Of a stretch of DNA of 64,000 nt, positions 1-10,315 are shown piece after piece (within the stretch, counting starts at the first letter, position 1; each line of letters begins with the position of its first letter). The stretch is from Bacillota bacterium (GTDB lineage: Bacteria > Bacillota > Dehalobacteriia > UBA4068 > UBA4997): contig JAFQHN010000018.1 in the NCBI GenBank assembly GCA_017397935.1, positions 5,101 through 69,100 on the forward strand, written 5' to 3'. The translations under genes were made by a program, and so were the position numbers. The notes under the pieces were generated by a model. It did not search any database. It was given only the letters and a program-made list of their open reading frames with translations, and had not been told where the DNA came from.

Positions 1-1135
1 CCACCACCGCCGCTGTGATCATCGCCGACCGCCGGTTTTTGATCGCATTGGGTACCTGCTCCGCAAAGTCAGCCGCAGGTGTGCCCGGCCGCCGTGAATA
101 CGGGAAAACATGGGCATCCGCAAAGGCCAACCGCTTGATCATCGCCAGAGAATCCGCAAAAATCTCCTCCGTCTCACCGGGGAAACCGGCGATAATATCG
201 GTGGTAACTGCGGCATCCGGCAGCGCCGTGCGGATCTTGCCCAGCAGACCGGCGTAAAATTCCATATCATAGCTGCGGCCCATCAACGCCAAAATGCGGT
301 CATCGGCGGCTTGCAGCGGCACATGAAAATGCGGACAGATAACCGGATTTTCCACCGCCAACGCCAGCAGCCTATCACTTACCTCATGCGGCTCCACCGA
401 GCCCATACGCAGCCGGTCCAACCCCGGTACCTGCGCCGCCTTGCCCACCAGCCGGGCAAAAGCGTCCTGCTCGCCAAAATCTGTGCCATAAGCACCGGTA
501 TGTATGCCCGTCAGCACCACCTCGCGGTAACCGTCAGCCACCAGCGCCGCAATCTCGGCCAGCACCGCATCCTCCGGGCGGCTGCGCACCGGCCCGCGCA
601 CGTGCGGCACAATGCAATAAGAGCAATACTGATTGCAGCCGTCCTCAATCTTCACAAAGGCACGGGTGCGCTCCGTTCTGCTGTTTATGTTGCCGATTTC
701 GCGGTAGATTTTGGCCAACTGCGCATCCTCCACCTGCACCAGCGGGGCAAAACCGCCTCTCATTTTGGCCGCCGCACCCTCCGCCGCCAGAGCAAACAGG
801 CGGTGCTTCTCATTGGCCCCCAGCAACAGATCCACACCCTCGATCCCTGCCGCCTCGGTCGGCTTCATCTGCACATAACAGCCGGTAGCCGCCACAAAGG
901 TGTCAGGGTTGGCCGCCACCGCGCGCCGCAGCATATTGCGGCTTTTCTTCTCGGCAATCTGTGTCACGGTGCAGGTGTTGATTATCGTAACCTCGGCCGC
1001 CTGCCCAAAAGGCACCTGCCGCCAGCCATGCTCAACAAAAACGTTGCCAATGGCCGCGCTCTCCTCCTGGTTAACCTTGCAGCCCAGCGTCATAATGGCA
1101 AACCGCTGCTCGCCCACCCTGTTTTCCATCAGCAT
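1..1135 (-). CDS. mtaB: tRNA t6A37 methylthiotransferase MtaB (radical SAM), C-terminally truncated by window edge
   Basis: The reverse-strand translation begins MLMENRVGEQRFAIMTLGCKVNQEES. It has the UPF0004 N-terminal domain and a radical-SAM CxxxCxxC (CNQYCSYC). There is an AGGAG Shine-Dalgarno sequence upstream of the ATG at 1135. The listed +strand ORF 110..1174 is its antisense shadow. Confidence 0.85.
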   Translation of the reverse strand, partial: MLMENRVGEQRFAIMTLGCKVNQEESAAIGNVFVEHGWRQVPFGQAAEVTIINTCTVTQIAEKKSRNMLRRAVAANPDTFVAATGCYVQMKPTEAAGIEGVDLLLGANEKHRLFALAAEGAAAKMRGGFAPLVQVEDAQLAKIYREIGNINSRTERTRAFVKIEDGCNQYCSYCIVPHVRGPVRSRPEDAVLAEIAALVADGYREVVLTGIHTGAYGTDFGEQDAFARLVGKAAQVPGLDRLRMGSVEPHEVSDRLLALAVENPVICPHFHVPLQAADDRILALMGRSYDMEFYAGLLGKIRTALPDAAVTTDIIAGFPGETEEIFADSLAMIKRLAFADAHVFPYSRRPGTPAADFAEQVPNAIKNRRSAMITAAVV

Positions 1136-1213
1136 TTCTCCTCAATATTTTACCGTACAACCTTCACCATATAAAAAACACGTTTACCGCAATTTCGGTG
1201 CTCAAACCACGCC

Positions 1214-1990
1214 TTAATTGTCAACCAAAGCACCATGCTCGCGTAAACCATTCAAATCTCCCCATTGATACATCACAATGGCAAGGGTGGCAATCGCGGC
1301 TGTTTCCGTCCGCAAAATGCGCCGTCCCAGCGTCACCAAATCCGCACCGGCAGCAGCCGCCATCTCAGCCTCAGCAGGCGTCAGACCACCCTCCGGCCCG
1401 ATGATAACCGCCGCACATCTGGGCACATCCGCCCTGCTAAGTGCCGTTTTCAGCGCCATACCCACGCCCTCGCCGTCGGCCTCCTCCCACGGCATCAACA
1501 CATGGCAATCCTCCGGCAGCGCAGACAGGGCCTGCCGCAAATTCTGCACCGGCGCAATCTCCACCAAGCGGGTGCGGCCGCATTGTTTGGCCGCCGAATC
1601 GGCAATTTTCTGCCAGCGCTCCTGTTTGGCGGCAGCTTTCCTGGCATCCAGCCGCACCACACTGCGCTCACAGGCAACGGGTATGATTTGGGAAACGCCC
1701 AGCTCAACGGCCTTTTGGATAACGATTTCCATGCGTTCTCCCTTAGCCAGACCTTGCAGCAAAATCAACTCCAACGGGGCCTCGGTATAGGCGGCCAGCT
1801 CATCATTCAGGCGCACACGCACCACATCACCCACCGTCAGCAGCTCGGCTGCAAAAACCCGGTTGGCACTTACCACAGTAATCTCATCACCCGGCACGCG
1901 CCGCAGCACCCGGCTTAAATGCCTGCTGTCACCGGCCGAGAGTTCAACTTCATCGCCCACCTCTGCCGCTTCTTCCAGAAAAAATCGCAT
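1214..1990 (-). CDS. rsmE: 16S rRNA (uracil1498-N3)-methyltransferase RsmE
   Basis: Translation MRFFLEEAAEVGDEV...LAKGERMEIVIQKAVELGV...IIGPEGGLT is the typical RsmE fold signature. Start moved to the internal ATG with a GGGAGG Shine-Dalgarno sequence. rsmE-mtaB adjacency is conserved in Firmicutes. Confidence 0.85.
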   Translation of the reverse strand: MRFFLEEAAEVGDEVELSAGDSRHLSRVLRRVPGDEITVVSANRVFAAELLTVGDVVRVRLNDELAAYTEAPLELILLQGLAKGERMEIVIQKAVELGVSQIIPVACERSVVRLDARKAAAKQERWQKIADSAAKQCGRTRLVEIAPVQNLRQALSALPEDCHVLMPWEEADGEGVGMALKTALSRADVPRCAAVIIGPEGGLTPAEAEMAAAAGADLVTLGRRILRTETAAIATLAIVMYQWGDLNGLREHGALVDN

Positions 1991-2417
1991 TTTGCCGCCT
2001 CCCATATCATCAAATTATCTGCTTAATTATTTTATTTTAACATGATTTGCCCCATGTGACAAGCCATTATCTGCACCAAACCAACCTGCATACAGACGCA
2101 ACAAGAGCTATCCTTGCGGATAGCTCTTGTTGCTGTGATAGTGTATAGTTGTGTGAGCTTTTCGATAATCAATATCCCCCAAAAGGGATGGCACCGAGAA
2201 TGGCTAAATTCACCACTTTTTAATCTGCGCATGGTTATTATAAACCTTTTTTCCACATTTAGCAAGACTTTTTTGCGGAAAATTACAGATATTTTGACAT
2301 TTTTTAATATTCAGTTAATATTTCACCGCCCCAAACCGGCAAAATACAACCTATATTATCAAAAATGTCGGCAGGAGGTCACATAATCTTCGGCCAGGTG
2401 TGAGCAAAAAGCCAAAT

Positions 2418-3104
2418 TTACTGCTCTTTCTGCTTGGCAGATGCAGCGGAATCAGCTTTCTTTTTCTTCTGCCCTTTATAGCTTATGTGCTGAGGCGCCG
2501 GTTTGCGACTCTTATTTTCAGCTTTTTTCTGCTTGCGGGTAGGGCCGTCAGACACAGTTTTAATACGCGCTTCCGGCTCATCATGCAGCATAAACTTCCA
2601 GTTGCGGCCCACGATAAGCAGACCCTGGAATGCCAGATACAGCGAAAGGATGATAGCGGATTTCTCCCACCAGCCTTCCAGAAAATCCAGATAACCGTAC
2701 AGACCGGCCAACCATGCCGAAATACCGATCACAGCGGCTATCGTACCGATGATAACACGCTTTTTGGCCACGGCTCTGGGCTTCCAATAAAGCTCACCGG
2801 TGATGATCTTCTGGTAAGTTGCCCGGATAAACAAACCCAAAACCAGCCATACGCAAATCATCAGCAGCAGCAGACAAACCTTCCACAGGCTGTGATTTTC
2901 AAAATCCTGCGCCACAAAATCAGGGTACAAGCCGGGCACCGCAAAAGTAGCCGGCACCAGCACCAGATAAGCCAGATAGGCAAATGCCGTCGGCCAATAT
3001 TCTTTGTCATAGCGGAAAAGGCCTATCAAGCTTTTGACGCCGACAATAAGGCTATAAGCCAATACCGCACCTACACCAAAAATAATTGCTTCCAAAAATA
3101 ACAC
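2418..3104 (-). CDS. hypothetical polytopic membrane protein with lysine-rich C-terminal tail
   Basis: Translation shows about 6 hydrophobic helices and a C-terminus KQKKAENKSRKPAPQHISYKGQKKKKADSAASAKQKEQ. AT-rich flanks on both sides. No family recognised. Confidence 0.5.
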   Translation of the reverse strand: MLFLEAIIFGVGAVLAYSLIVGVKSLIGLFRYDKEYWPTAFAYLAYLVLVPATFAVPGLYPDFVAQDFENHSLWKVCLLLLMICVWLVLGLFIRATYQKIITGELYWKPRAVAKKRVIIGTIAAVIGISAWLAGLYGYLDFLEGWWEKSAIILSLYLAFQGLLIVGRNWKFMLHDEPEARIKTVSDGPTRKQKKAENKSRKPAPQHISYKGQKKKKADSAASAKQKEQ

Positions 3105-3392
3105 CTCAACTAATTATAATTTTGCATAAACTTTACCTTAAAATAAGGGCAGTTTATATATATTCTTGAAGAAAGCGTTTTTTCCTCTAAATTTTTTCTA
3201 CAAAAAACCCTGTTTTAGCAAATAATTTGCTTTTTTCTTATTTTTTTTCATTTTTATTCGCGGCAACCTGTGCTATAATATATATGGTAAAAAAACCGTT
3301 TACTGTAATTTATAATCAGTTTAACCGATTATTGTAAACTGATATTTAAGTTTATGACTAAAAACGCTTGGCACAGGAAAAGAGGCTTTAAT

Positions 3393-4244
3393 ATGATAAA
3401 AATTATCACCGACAGCTGTTCTGATTTATCGCCGGAGATTTTGGCCACCCACAATATTGGAGTGGTGCCGCTGCATTTGCAGGTGGATGAGCAGAATTTT
3501 ACCCCCGGCATTGATATTTCCTATGAGGACGCACTCTGCAAAATTGCGGCCGCCAATGATATGCCCAAAACCTCGCAGCCTACGCCGCTGGCATACCGGC
3601 AGGCTTTTGATGACACCGATGCCGATGAAATTCTCTGCCTGACGCTGTCCTCGCAGCTTTCCGGCAGCTATAACTCGGCTAATCTGGCCGCACAGGACAG
3701 CAATAAAAATATTTTGGTGCATGATACGCTGCAAGGCTCCTTGGGGCAGGGGTTTCAGGTTCTGCTGGCAGCGCTGCTGGCCGAGAAAAACCGCACGCTG
3801 GCCGAAATCAAGCAGGCGCTGACCGAATATTACCAGAAAACTGCCATTGTGGTTATTTTGGAGAAGTATGACAACGCCATCAAGGGTGGCCGCATGAACA
3901 AATACGCCGGCAAAATCATTGAGAAGCTGAACATTCGCGGCATTATCGAGGTTATCGGCGGCAAAGTTATGGTGGTGGATAAGGCACGCGGTGCCGAAAA
4001 AACCTTCCACAAGATGATGGAGAGAATTTCCGGCAAGGCCGAGGATTTCTCCAAGGCGGTGGTGGGTATTGCCGATTTCCAAAACCCACAGCTGGCCGAT
4101 AAATACCACAGCGCGGTGGATAAGCTGCTGCATCCCGCCCAAATTTACCGGGCCTCCATCAACCCCACGCTGGGTGTTTACTGCGATAAGGGCGGCATTG
4201 TCATCAGCATCAGCCCCGACCCGATTGCTTTTGCCGAGAAATAA
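3393..4244 (+). CDS. DegV family fatty-acid-binding protein
   Basis: Translation MIKIITDSCSDLSPEIL..GVVPLHLQVDE... is the DegV/EDD-fold signature. Start taken at the internal ATG with an AAAGAGG Shine-Dalgarno sequence. Confidence 0.85.
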   Translation: MIKIITDSCSDLSPEILATHNIGVVPLHLQVDEQNFTPGIDISYEDALCKIAAANDMPKTSQPTPLAYRQAFDDTDADEILCLTLSSQLSGSYNSANLAAQDSNKNILVHDTLQGSLGQGFQVLLAALLAEKNRTLAEIKQALTEYYQKTAIVVILEKYDNAIKGGRMNKYAGKIIEKLNIRGIIEVIGGKVMVVDKARGAEKTFHKMMERISGKAEDFSKAVVGIADFQNPQLADKYHSAVDKLLHPAQIYRASINPTLGVYCDKGGIVISISPDPIAFAEK

Positions 4245-4274
4245 TTTAATAGAAATAATATAATTATACACAAC

Positions 4275-4310
4275 AAAAAACCCACAGCCATAAACTGTGG
4301 GTTTAAATTT
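4275..4310. terminator. bidirectional rho-independent terminator between degV and rpsR
   Basis: Hairpin aaacccacag-ccataa-actgtgggttt, flanked by an A-run and a T-run. Confidence 0.7.
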
Positions 4311-4329
4311 GCTTAAATTTAGTCAGCAA

Positions 4330-4599
4330 TTATTCAGCGGTGTAAGGCAGCAGAGCTACTACACGGCTGGTTTTGATTGCCTCAGTCAGCATACGCTGAT
4401 GTTTGGCGCAGTTGCCGGATACACGACGGGGCAAAATCTTGCCGCGCTCGGTGATGTAGTTGCGCAGACGGGCAGTATCCTTGTAATCGATGAACTGAGC
4501 CTTGTCAACGCAGAAACGGCAAACGCGACGACGGCTGCGACGGGTACGGTTGCCGCCGCGGAAAGGCCGACGCTCTTCTCTTGCTTTTTCTTCAGCCAT
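4330..4599 (-). CDS. rpsR: 30S ribosomal protein S18
   Basis: Translation ...[18 protein letters not shown]...[22 protein letters not shown] is the canonical S18. Confidence 0.95.
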   Translation of the reverse strand: MAEEKAREERRPFRGGNRTRRSRRRVCRFCVDKAQFIDYKDTARLRNYITERGKILPRRVSGNCAKHQRMLTEAIKTSRVVALLPYTAE

Positions 4600-4654
4600 T
4601 GTATTATCCTCCTTGTAGGATCAATCCGCAGGTTATGCGGTGAAAATTTCTAAA

Positions 4655-5086
4655 TTAAAAGGGCAAATCATCGCTGGTCATCGGCATATCATCCATAGCG
4701 GAGCCGAAGCTGCCGCCAAAGGACGGAGCAGAAGCATAACCACCGCCGGCAGGCATCCCGCCACCCTCTTTGGGGGAGAGGAAACGCACCGCATCAGCGA
4801 TAACCTCGGTAACATAACGGCGCTGGCCGTCATTACCATCATAAGAGCGAATCTGCAAGCGCCCGTCAACAGCCGCCAGGCGGCCCTTGGCCAGATACTG
4901 TGCGCAGTTTTCACCCTGCTTGTTCCAGACCACGATGTTGATAAAATCGGCCTCCCGATTGCCGTCCTGGTTGGCAAAGGGGCGATCAACCGCCAGAGTG
5001 AACGAGCAAACAGCCTTGCCGTTGGGGGTAAAGCGCAGCTCAGGGTCACGGGTCAATCTACCGATCAATACAATACGGTTCAACAT
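4655..5086 (-). CDS. ssb: single-stranded DNA-binding protein
   Basis: Translation [33 protein letters not shown] (OB fold), a glycine-rich linker and an acidic DDLPF tail. Confidence 0.95.
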   Translation of the reverse strand: MLNRIVLIGRLTRDPELRFTPNGKAVCSFTLAVDRPFANQDGNREADFINIVVWNKQGENCAQYLAKGRLAAVDGRLQIRSYDGNDGQRRYVTEVIADAVRFLSPKEGGGMPAGGGYASAPSFGGSFGSAMDDMPMTSDDLPF

Positions 5087-5102
5087 AACTCAAAATCACC
5101 TC

Positions 5103-5390
5103 TTATTCAGGCAAACGAGTAACGATGTAGCGCATTACGCTGTCAGCAATACGGAAATTGCGTTCCAGCTCCTGCGGCAGCTCAGGCTGGGCCTTGAAGG
5201 TTACCAATACATAGTAGCCTTCGCGAAGCTTCTCGATCTCGTAAGCAAGCTTTCTCTTGCCCCAGATATCGGTCTTTACAACTTCGCCGCCATTTGCCTG
5301 AATCAGTGCGTTGAATTTCTCTACTGCTGCGGTGTATGCCTCCTCGGTCATATCAGGACGCAGGATGTACAGAGCTTCATAATCGCGCAT
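5103..5390 (-). CDS. rpsF: 30S ribosomal protein S6
   Basis: Translation MRDYEALYILRPDMTEEAY.... The track start is a GTG lying inside the Shine-Dalgarno sequence. Start placed at the ATG 9 nt downstream, which has an AGGGAGG Shine-Dalgarno sequence. rpsF-ssb-rpsR operon. Confidence 0.9.
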   Translation of the reverse strand: MRDYEALYILRPDMTEEAYTAAVEKFNALIQANGGEVVKTDIWGKRKLAYEIEKLREGYYVLVTFKAQPELPQELERNFRIADSVMRYIVTRLPE

Positions 5391-5590
5391 ATTCGGCACC
5401 TCCCTTCGGACTTCTGGCCACCGTCATCGAAAAATATTAAAAAATATCGCAACGGCAGCAGGGAATAATTTACAAAAATTTTGCAGGCATATAAAGCCAG
5501 CCTTAACATTATAGCAGAGAATTTCCACAAAAACAAGCCTAAATTCAGCTTTTTTGCAAAAACTCTCTGATATTTTTTAATAATATTTAA

Positions 5591-6457
5591 TTATTTACGG
5601 GACATACGCTGCCGCAGCGCCTCGCCCAGCATAATGCCGCAGCTTACGCTGACATTGAACGAGTTGATTTGCCCCTGCATCGGTATCTTCACGAAGAAAT
5701 CACAGCGGTCGGCCACCAGCGGCGGCAAGCCCTTGCCCTCGTTGCCCATCACAATGGCCAGCGGCACAGTAAGATCTGCCTGCCACAGAGTTTCGGCCTT
5801 CTCCATACGGGTGCCGCAAACCCAAACGCCCTTGCGCTTCAAATCCTCCAAGGTGTTGGCGATGCTGGAAACGCGCGCCACCGGTACATATTCCGCCGCA
5901 CCGGCCGCCACCTGCACCACCGTTTCGTTGACGGGGGCCGCACCGTGTTTGGCAATAATCACGCCATGCGCACCGATACCCTCCACCGTGCGCAGAATAG
6001 CGCCCACATTGTGCGGGTCCTCGACACCGGCCAGCACCACCAGCAGCGGCACCTCGCCTTTGGCCTCAGCCGCCGCCAGAATATCGTCCACCTCGGCGTA
6101 ATCAAAGGGGGCCGTCAGCGCCACCACCCCACGGTGATTAGGATATTCAGCATCCAGGCTGACACGCTCCACCTGCAAGAAGGGCACACCGGCCTCGCGG
6201 CACAAATCCCTCACCTGCCGCAGAAAGCCGGCCTCCTGACCGGCCGCCGCCAACACCTTGTTAATGGTCCGGCCGGAACGCAGCGCCTCGATAACCGGGT
6301 TTTTGCCGCAAATAACACCGTCTCTGGGCTTATCAAATTTCGGCTTATCATAAGCTTTTTCCGCCCGATTGCCCCGTCTGGGGTTATCGCCCTTACCGCT
6401 CTCACCGCCCTTGCCGCCGCGGTGCTTGTCATAAGCCTTATCTGTCGCTTTTTTCAT
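5591..6457 (-). CDS. rlmB: 23S rRNA (guanosine2251-2'-O)-methyltransferase RlmB (SpoU/TrmH family)
   Basis: SpoU motifs (VLAGVEDPHNVGAILRT, LAIVMGNEGKGL, NSFNVSVSCGI). Sits after cysS-mrnC as in Bacillus (yacO). Basic N-terminal extension present. Confidence 0.8.
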   Translation of the reverse strand: MKKATDKAYDKHRGGKGGESGKGDNPRRGNRAEKAYDKPKFDKPRDGVICGKNPVIEALRSGRTINKVLAAAGQEAGFLRQVRDLCREAGVPFLQVERVSLDAEYPNHRGVVALTAPFDYAEVDDILAAAEAKGEVPLLVVLAGVEDPHNVGAILRTVEGIGAHGVIIAKHGAAPVNETVVQVAAGAAEYVPVARVSSIANTLEDLKRKGVWVCGTRMEKAETLWQADLTVPLAIVMGNEGKGLPPLVADRCDFFVKIPMQGQINSFNVSVSCGIMLGEALRQRMSRK

Positions 6458-6497
6458 CGTCTTTTCCTTATTATAATATAAATTTTAACTACAAATT

Positions 6498-7181
6498 TCA
6501 GCGCGTCAACACATTTTGGCATTTGCCGCAGCACATATCGCCCTCAAAGCAGATGCCCATGCTGTCACAGGTTGCCCCCGCTTTGGCAAAAAGCAGCGGA
6601 GCAACTTTGCGTACCTCGGCCAGCATAGCATTGGCCAGCGCACGAATCTCCCATTGGGCACGGGTACAGCAGCGCAGCTCAAAAAAGTGCCACAGACTGC
6701 GCACATTCATCGTCACCACCAGGCTGGTGGACGCCGCATTGGGCAGCACAAAACGCGCATCCTCTGCCGGCACACCGGCCGCCAGCAATTTCTCATAAAC
6801 CGCCTGCATATCAGCCATGGCTTGGTCAAACTCGGCAGAAAGCTCCGGTTTAGCGGCAATTTTGGGCGGTGTCACATAATCAAACTGTTTTTCCTTCACA
6901 TATCTCTGCGATTTCTGCGAGAAGGAAACGCCGATGCGGTGCCGCACCAGCTGATGCGAGCAGGCACGGCTGATGCCGTCGATGGCGAAGGTAAAGCTGA
7001 CGTGCTCCATCGGGCTTTCATGCCCCAGGGACACCAGCTTGCGCACAAAGCTCTCCACCTTATCAGGCGTAAAATTTTCCAGCAGCTCATCGGCACTTTT
7101 GTCGGAATAACAAAGCCGCGCCGCCGCCGCCACCAAGCGCTCCGGCTCAGGGGTATGTTCCAGCAGAATAACTTTAAGCAT
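6498..7181 (-). CDS. thyX: flavin-dependent thymidylate synthase ThyX
   Basis: Translation MLKVILLEHTPEPERLVAAAARLCYS... and the RHRIGVSFSQKSQRY (ThyX RHR-SxxSxR) motif. Start at the ATG with an AGGAGGAGGA Shine-Dalgarno sequence. Confidence 0.85.
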   Translation of the reverse strand: MLKVILLEHTPEPERLVAAAARLCYSDKSADELLENFTPDKVESFVRKLVSLGHESPMEHVSFTFAIDGISRACSHQLVRHRIGVSFSQKSQRYVKEKQFDYVTPPKIAAKPELSAEFDQAMADMQAVYEKLLAAGVPAEDARFVLPNAASTSLVVTMNVRSLWHFFELRCCTRAQWEIRALANAMLAEVRKVAPLLFAKAGATCDSMGICFEGDMCCGKCQNVLTR

Positions 7182-7641
7182 TTTTATCCTCCTCCTGCTG
7201 CCACAGCACCTCAAAACAGCGGCTCAGGCGGTCATCCGCACCAACCAGGTACCAATAACCCACCAACGCCTCCAAGCCTGTTGCCGCGCGGTATTCGGCC
7301 ACCGTTGCGCCCTTGGGGATGTGCTGGCCCTTGGCGTTGCGCCCGCGGTGATACACGGCCAGCTCGAACTCGGTCAGCTCCGGCTCCAACTGATGTATCA
7401 ACCGGGCCTGTGCCGCCGCCCTAACCAAACCGATGGCCTGTTTGTGCAGATCATCCACCTTGCGCACGCCGGCCGCCAGCAGATGATTGCGCACCACCAG
7501 CTCATAAAAACCGTCACCGATGTAGGCCAGCGTCAGGCCGGAAAGCTGCTCCGGCTGTTTGATTGCTGCTTTCTCCACAAATTTTTCTGTAATGCTCCCA
7601 CAAAGTTCAGTAATATTTTCCGTCAAATTTTCCGTCATCAA
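7174..7641 (-). CDS. mrnC: Mini-ribonuclease 3 (MrnC/YazC)
   Basis: Translation ...LAYIGDGFYELVVRNHL... is an RNase III-like catalytic motif. Conserved position immediately downstream of cysS. Confidence 0.8.
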   Translation of the reverse strand: MMTENLTENITELCGSITEKFVEKAAIKQPEQLSGLTLAYIGDGFYELVVRNHLLAAGVRKVDDLHKQAIGLVRAAAQARLIHQLEPELTEFELAVYHRGRNAKGQHIPKGATVAEYRAATGLEALVGYWYLVGADDRLSRCFEVLWQQEEDKNA

Positions 7642-7696
7642 AACCTCAAAACCAACCTTAAAAATTTATAATTCAGCCGATTATTCTCCGATTATT

Positions 7697-9109
7697 TTAG
7701 TCAATCAGCTTCCAATGCACCGAATCAGCGCCGTCTTCCAGCACCACGCCGATTTTTTTCAGCTCATCACGGATATAGTCGGCAGTTGCCCATTCCTTTT
7801 TGCTGCGGGCCTGCTGGCGGATGGCAATAATCAGCTCCATCAGCTTGGGGGTCAGCTCATCGGTGCCCTCCTTGGCCTTGGTGCGGATGCAGGCAATAAC
7901 CTCATCAATGGCCTCAATGGCCTCAACCGCCGCCTGAACCGCCGCAATTTCCGCCTCTCGGGCATGGCTGTTCAGCGCCTTGGTGTAATCGAAAACGGCT
8001 GCGATAGCCAACGCGGTGTTAAAATCGTCATTCATCGCCGCGGCAAAAGCGTTACGCAGGGTTTCGGTGGCCGCTGCAAGCGCCGCAGTAGCCTCGGCAT
8101 TATGTCCGCCGCCGGCCGCCTCTGCCTCTTTCAGCACGGCATAAGCGTTGCGGATGCGGGCCAGACTCTTGGCCGCCACCCGCAGCTTCTCGTCATCAAA
8201 ATCAATGGGGCTGCGGTAATGGGTGTTCAGCAGGAAGAAACGCACCACATCGCCGGGGAAGTTTTCCAGAATATCACGCAGCAGGAAGAAGTTACCCACC
8301 GATTTGCTCATCTTCTCATCGTTTACGGTGATAAAACCGTTGTGCAGCCAATACCGCACAAAGCAGCAGCCGCTGGCTGCCTCAGACTGGGCAATCTCGT
8401 TCTCATGGTGAGGGAAAATCAAATCCGCACCGCCGCCGTGGATGTCAAAACCGTCACCCAGATATTTGCGGCTCATGGCCGAACATTCAATGTGCCAGCC
8501 GGGGCGTCCCTGTCCCCACGGGCTGTACCACGCAGGCTCGCCGGGCTTGGCAGCCTTCCACACCGCAAAATCCATCGGGTTGCGCTTTTGGTCGCCGATC
8601 TGCACACGGGCACCGGCCAGCATATCCTCCAAATCACGGCCGGAGAGCTTGCCGTACTCGTCAAACTTCTCCACCGCAAAGTAAACATCACCGTTTACCT
8701 CATAAGCCACGCCGTTATCAATCAGCTGCTGTACCAGCTCGATAATCTCGGCCATGTGTTCGGTCACACGGGGGTGAACATCGGCTTTCAGCACATTCAG
8801 CTGCTGCACATCCTCAAAATAGGCCGCAATATATTTATCGGCCACCGCAGCGGCAGAGATACCTTCCTCCTGTCCGCGGCGGATGATCTTATCATCAACA
8901 TCGGTAAAATTCTGCACATAGGTCACATCATAACCTGCGTACTTAAAATAACGGCGGATAGCGTCAAAAACCACAATCGGGCGTGCGTTGCCCAGGTGAA
9001 TGTAATTATAAACCGTGGGGCCGCAGGCATAAATGCCCACTTTGCCGGCATCCCTCGGCACAAACTCCACCTTGCGGCCTTCCATTGTGTTGTAAACCTG
9101 AATCGTCAT
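7697..9109 (-). CDS. cysS: cysteine--tRNA ligase
   Basis: HIGH motif ([16 protein letters not shown]), KMSKS motif, zinc-binding Cys residues, 470 aa. Confidence 0.95.
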   Translation of the reverse strand: MTIQVYNTMEGRKVEFVPRDAGKVGIYACGPTVYNYIHLGNARPIVVFDAIRRYFKYAGYDVTYVQNFTDVDDKIIRRGQEEGISAAAVADKYIAAYFEDVQQLNVLKADVHPRVTEHMAEIIELVQQLIDNGVAYEVNGDVYFAVEKFDEYGKLSGRDLEDMLAGARVQIGDQKRNPMDFAVWKAAKPGEPAWYSPWGQGRPGWHIECSAMSRKYLGDGFDIHGGGADLIFPHHENEIAQSEAASGCCFVRYWLHNGFITVNDEKMSKSVGNFFLLRDILENFPGDVVRFFLLNTHYRSPIDFDDEKLRVAAKSLARIRNAYAVLKEAEAAGGGHNAEATAALAAATETLRNAFAAAMNDDFNTALAIAAVFDYTKALNSHAREAEIAAVQAAVEAIEAIDEVIACIRTKAKEGTDELTPKLMELIIAIRQQARSKKEWATADYIRDELKKIGVVLEDGADSVHWKLID

Positions 9110-9266
9110 CGGTTTCTCTCCTCATCATTTCAAATTTTTAGCTAATCTTACTTGATTTTATCCTTGATTTTATCTTAACAAACCGCAGGTTATCAGTGAA
9201 AACCCTGCGAATAAAAATCCATCATATTATTTTACCATAAAGGCGACCGTTTGCCAACAACTTAAT

Positions 9267-9321
9267 CAAAAAATCTGCGCCCCGGCCATCACATCAATAG
9301 ATTACAGCCACGGGCGCAGAT
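9267..9321 (-). terminator. rho-independent terminator after gluQ
   Basis: Long hairpin atctgcgccccggcc...ggccacgggcgcagat, followed on the minus strand by a U-run. Confidence 0.65.
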
Positions 9322-9330
9322 TATATTTAA

Positions 9331-10281
9331 TTACAGCCAGTTTGCGGGCAGTTTGGCCACAATATCCTGCTTGGCCACCCGCCGCCATTCAAAATCCGCC
9401 GCCAGCTCAGCCGCCGTTATCGGCACGGGCTCTGTCAGCAGGCCGGCCCACCAGGCCAGCAGACCGACAACCTCCGCCGCCGTATGCCGTGACGAGATCT
9501 CACCCAGATCCAGCGCCTTATCCCGCTTGGCCAGCCGCTTACCGTCCTCTGCCAGCAGCAGCGGCACATGGCAGTATTGCGGGGGATCGCCACCCAGCAG
9601 CCGGTGCAGCCAGATTTGCTGCGGTGTGGATGTCAGCAGGTCCTTGCCGCGCACCACACGGTTTACCCCCATGGCCATGTCATCCACCACCACCGCCAGC
9701 TGATAAGCAAACACCCCGTCAGACCGCCGCAGAATAAAATCACCGCAGTCGGCCGCCAAATTCTGGGCAAAATATCCCAAATTGCAGTCCGTCAGGCTTA
9801 TCACCTCATCCGGCGTTTGGATACGCCAGGCAGGTTTGCGCCCCTCAGCGGCCAGCCCGGCCTGCTCCTCGGCCGAGAGCTTGCGGCAGCGCCCGTCATA
9901 CACCACAGCGCCGTCCTCCCGGTGGGGTGCGTTGGCCGCCATACGCTCAGCCCGACTGCAAAAACAGGGATAAACCAAACCCTGCGCCGCCAGCTTATCA
10001 AAAGCCTGCTGATAATACTCCGTGCGCCTGCTCTGCATATAATCGCCGTTAAGCAAGCCACCCTCGTCCCAATCCAGCCCCAGCCAGCGCATATCCGCCA
10101 ACACCTGCGCCGCCTTCTCGGCTGAACAGCGGGTAGTGTCCAAATCCTCGATACGCAGTACCAGTCTGCCGCCGACACTCCGCACATCCAGCCACGCCAG
10201 CAGCGCCGCAAAAGCATTCCCCAGATGCATACGACCGCTGGGGGTGGGGGCAAACCGCCCGCATATCATTTGGTTATCCAT
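9331..10281 (-). CDS. gluQ: tRNA glutamyl-Q(34) synthetase GluQRS (truncated GluRS paralogue)
   Basis: About 310 aa, covering only the catalytic domain. HIGH-like RMHLGNAF and KLSKR-like KRLAKRDK motifs. Start choice is uncertain among M1, M9 and M13. Confidence 0.7.
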   Translation of the reverse strand: MDNQMICGRFAPTPSGRMHLGNAFAALLAWLDVRSVGGRLVLRIEDLDTTRCSAEKAAQVLADMRWLGLDWDEGGLLNGDYMQSRRTEYYQQAFDKLAAQGLVYPCFCSRAERMAANAPHREDGAVVYDGRCRKLSAEEQAGLAAEGRKPAWRIQTPDEVISLTDCNLGYFAQNLAADCGDFILRRSDGVFAYQLAVVVDDMAMGVNRVVRGKDLLTSTPQQIWLHRLLGGDPPQYCHVPLLLAEDGKRLAKRDKALDLGEISSRHTAAEVVGLLAWWAGLLTEPVPITAAELAADFEWRRVAKQDIVAKLPANWL

Positions 10282-10315
10282 GCGCTCACCCGCCTTACAA
10301 ATCAATTTTCGGCTG

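Noticed and set aside
110-1174. Long +strand ORF (354 aa) in the track
   Set aside because: Antisense shadow of mtaB. Its translation is low-complexity R/H/Q-rich with no domain, while the opposite strand gives a clean radical-SAM protein.
2114-2386. 90-aa +strand ORF in the AT-rich spacer after rsmE
   Set aside because: AT-rich with an implausible composition (F/I/N-rich). Overlaps the hairpin and promoter-like sequence, and there is no Shine-Dalgarno sequence.
6516-9145. Long +strand ORFs (302 aa, 528 aa) overlapping thyX/mrnC/cysS
   Set aside because: Shadow ORFs typical of high-GC DNA. The minus-strand products carry canonical ThyX, RNase III-like and class I aaRS motifs.
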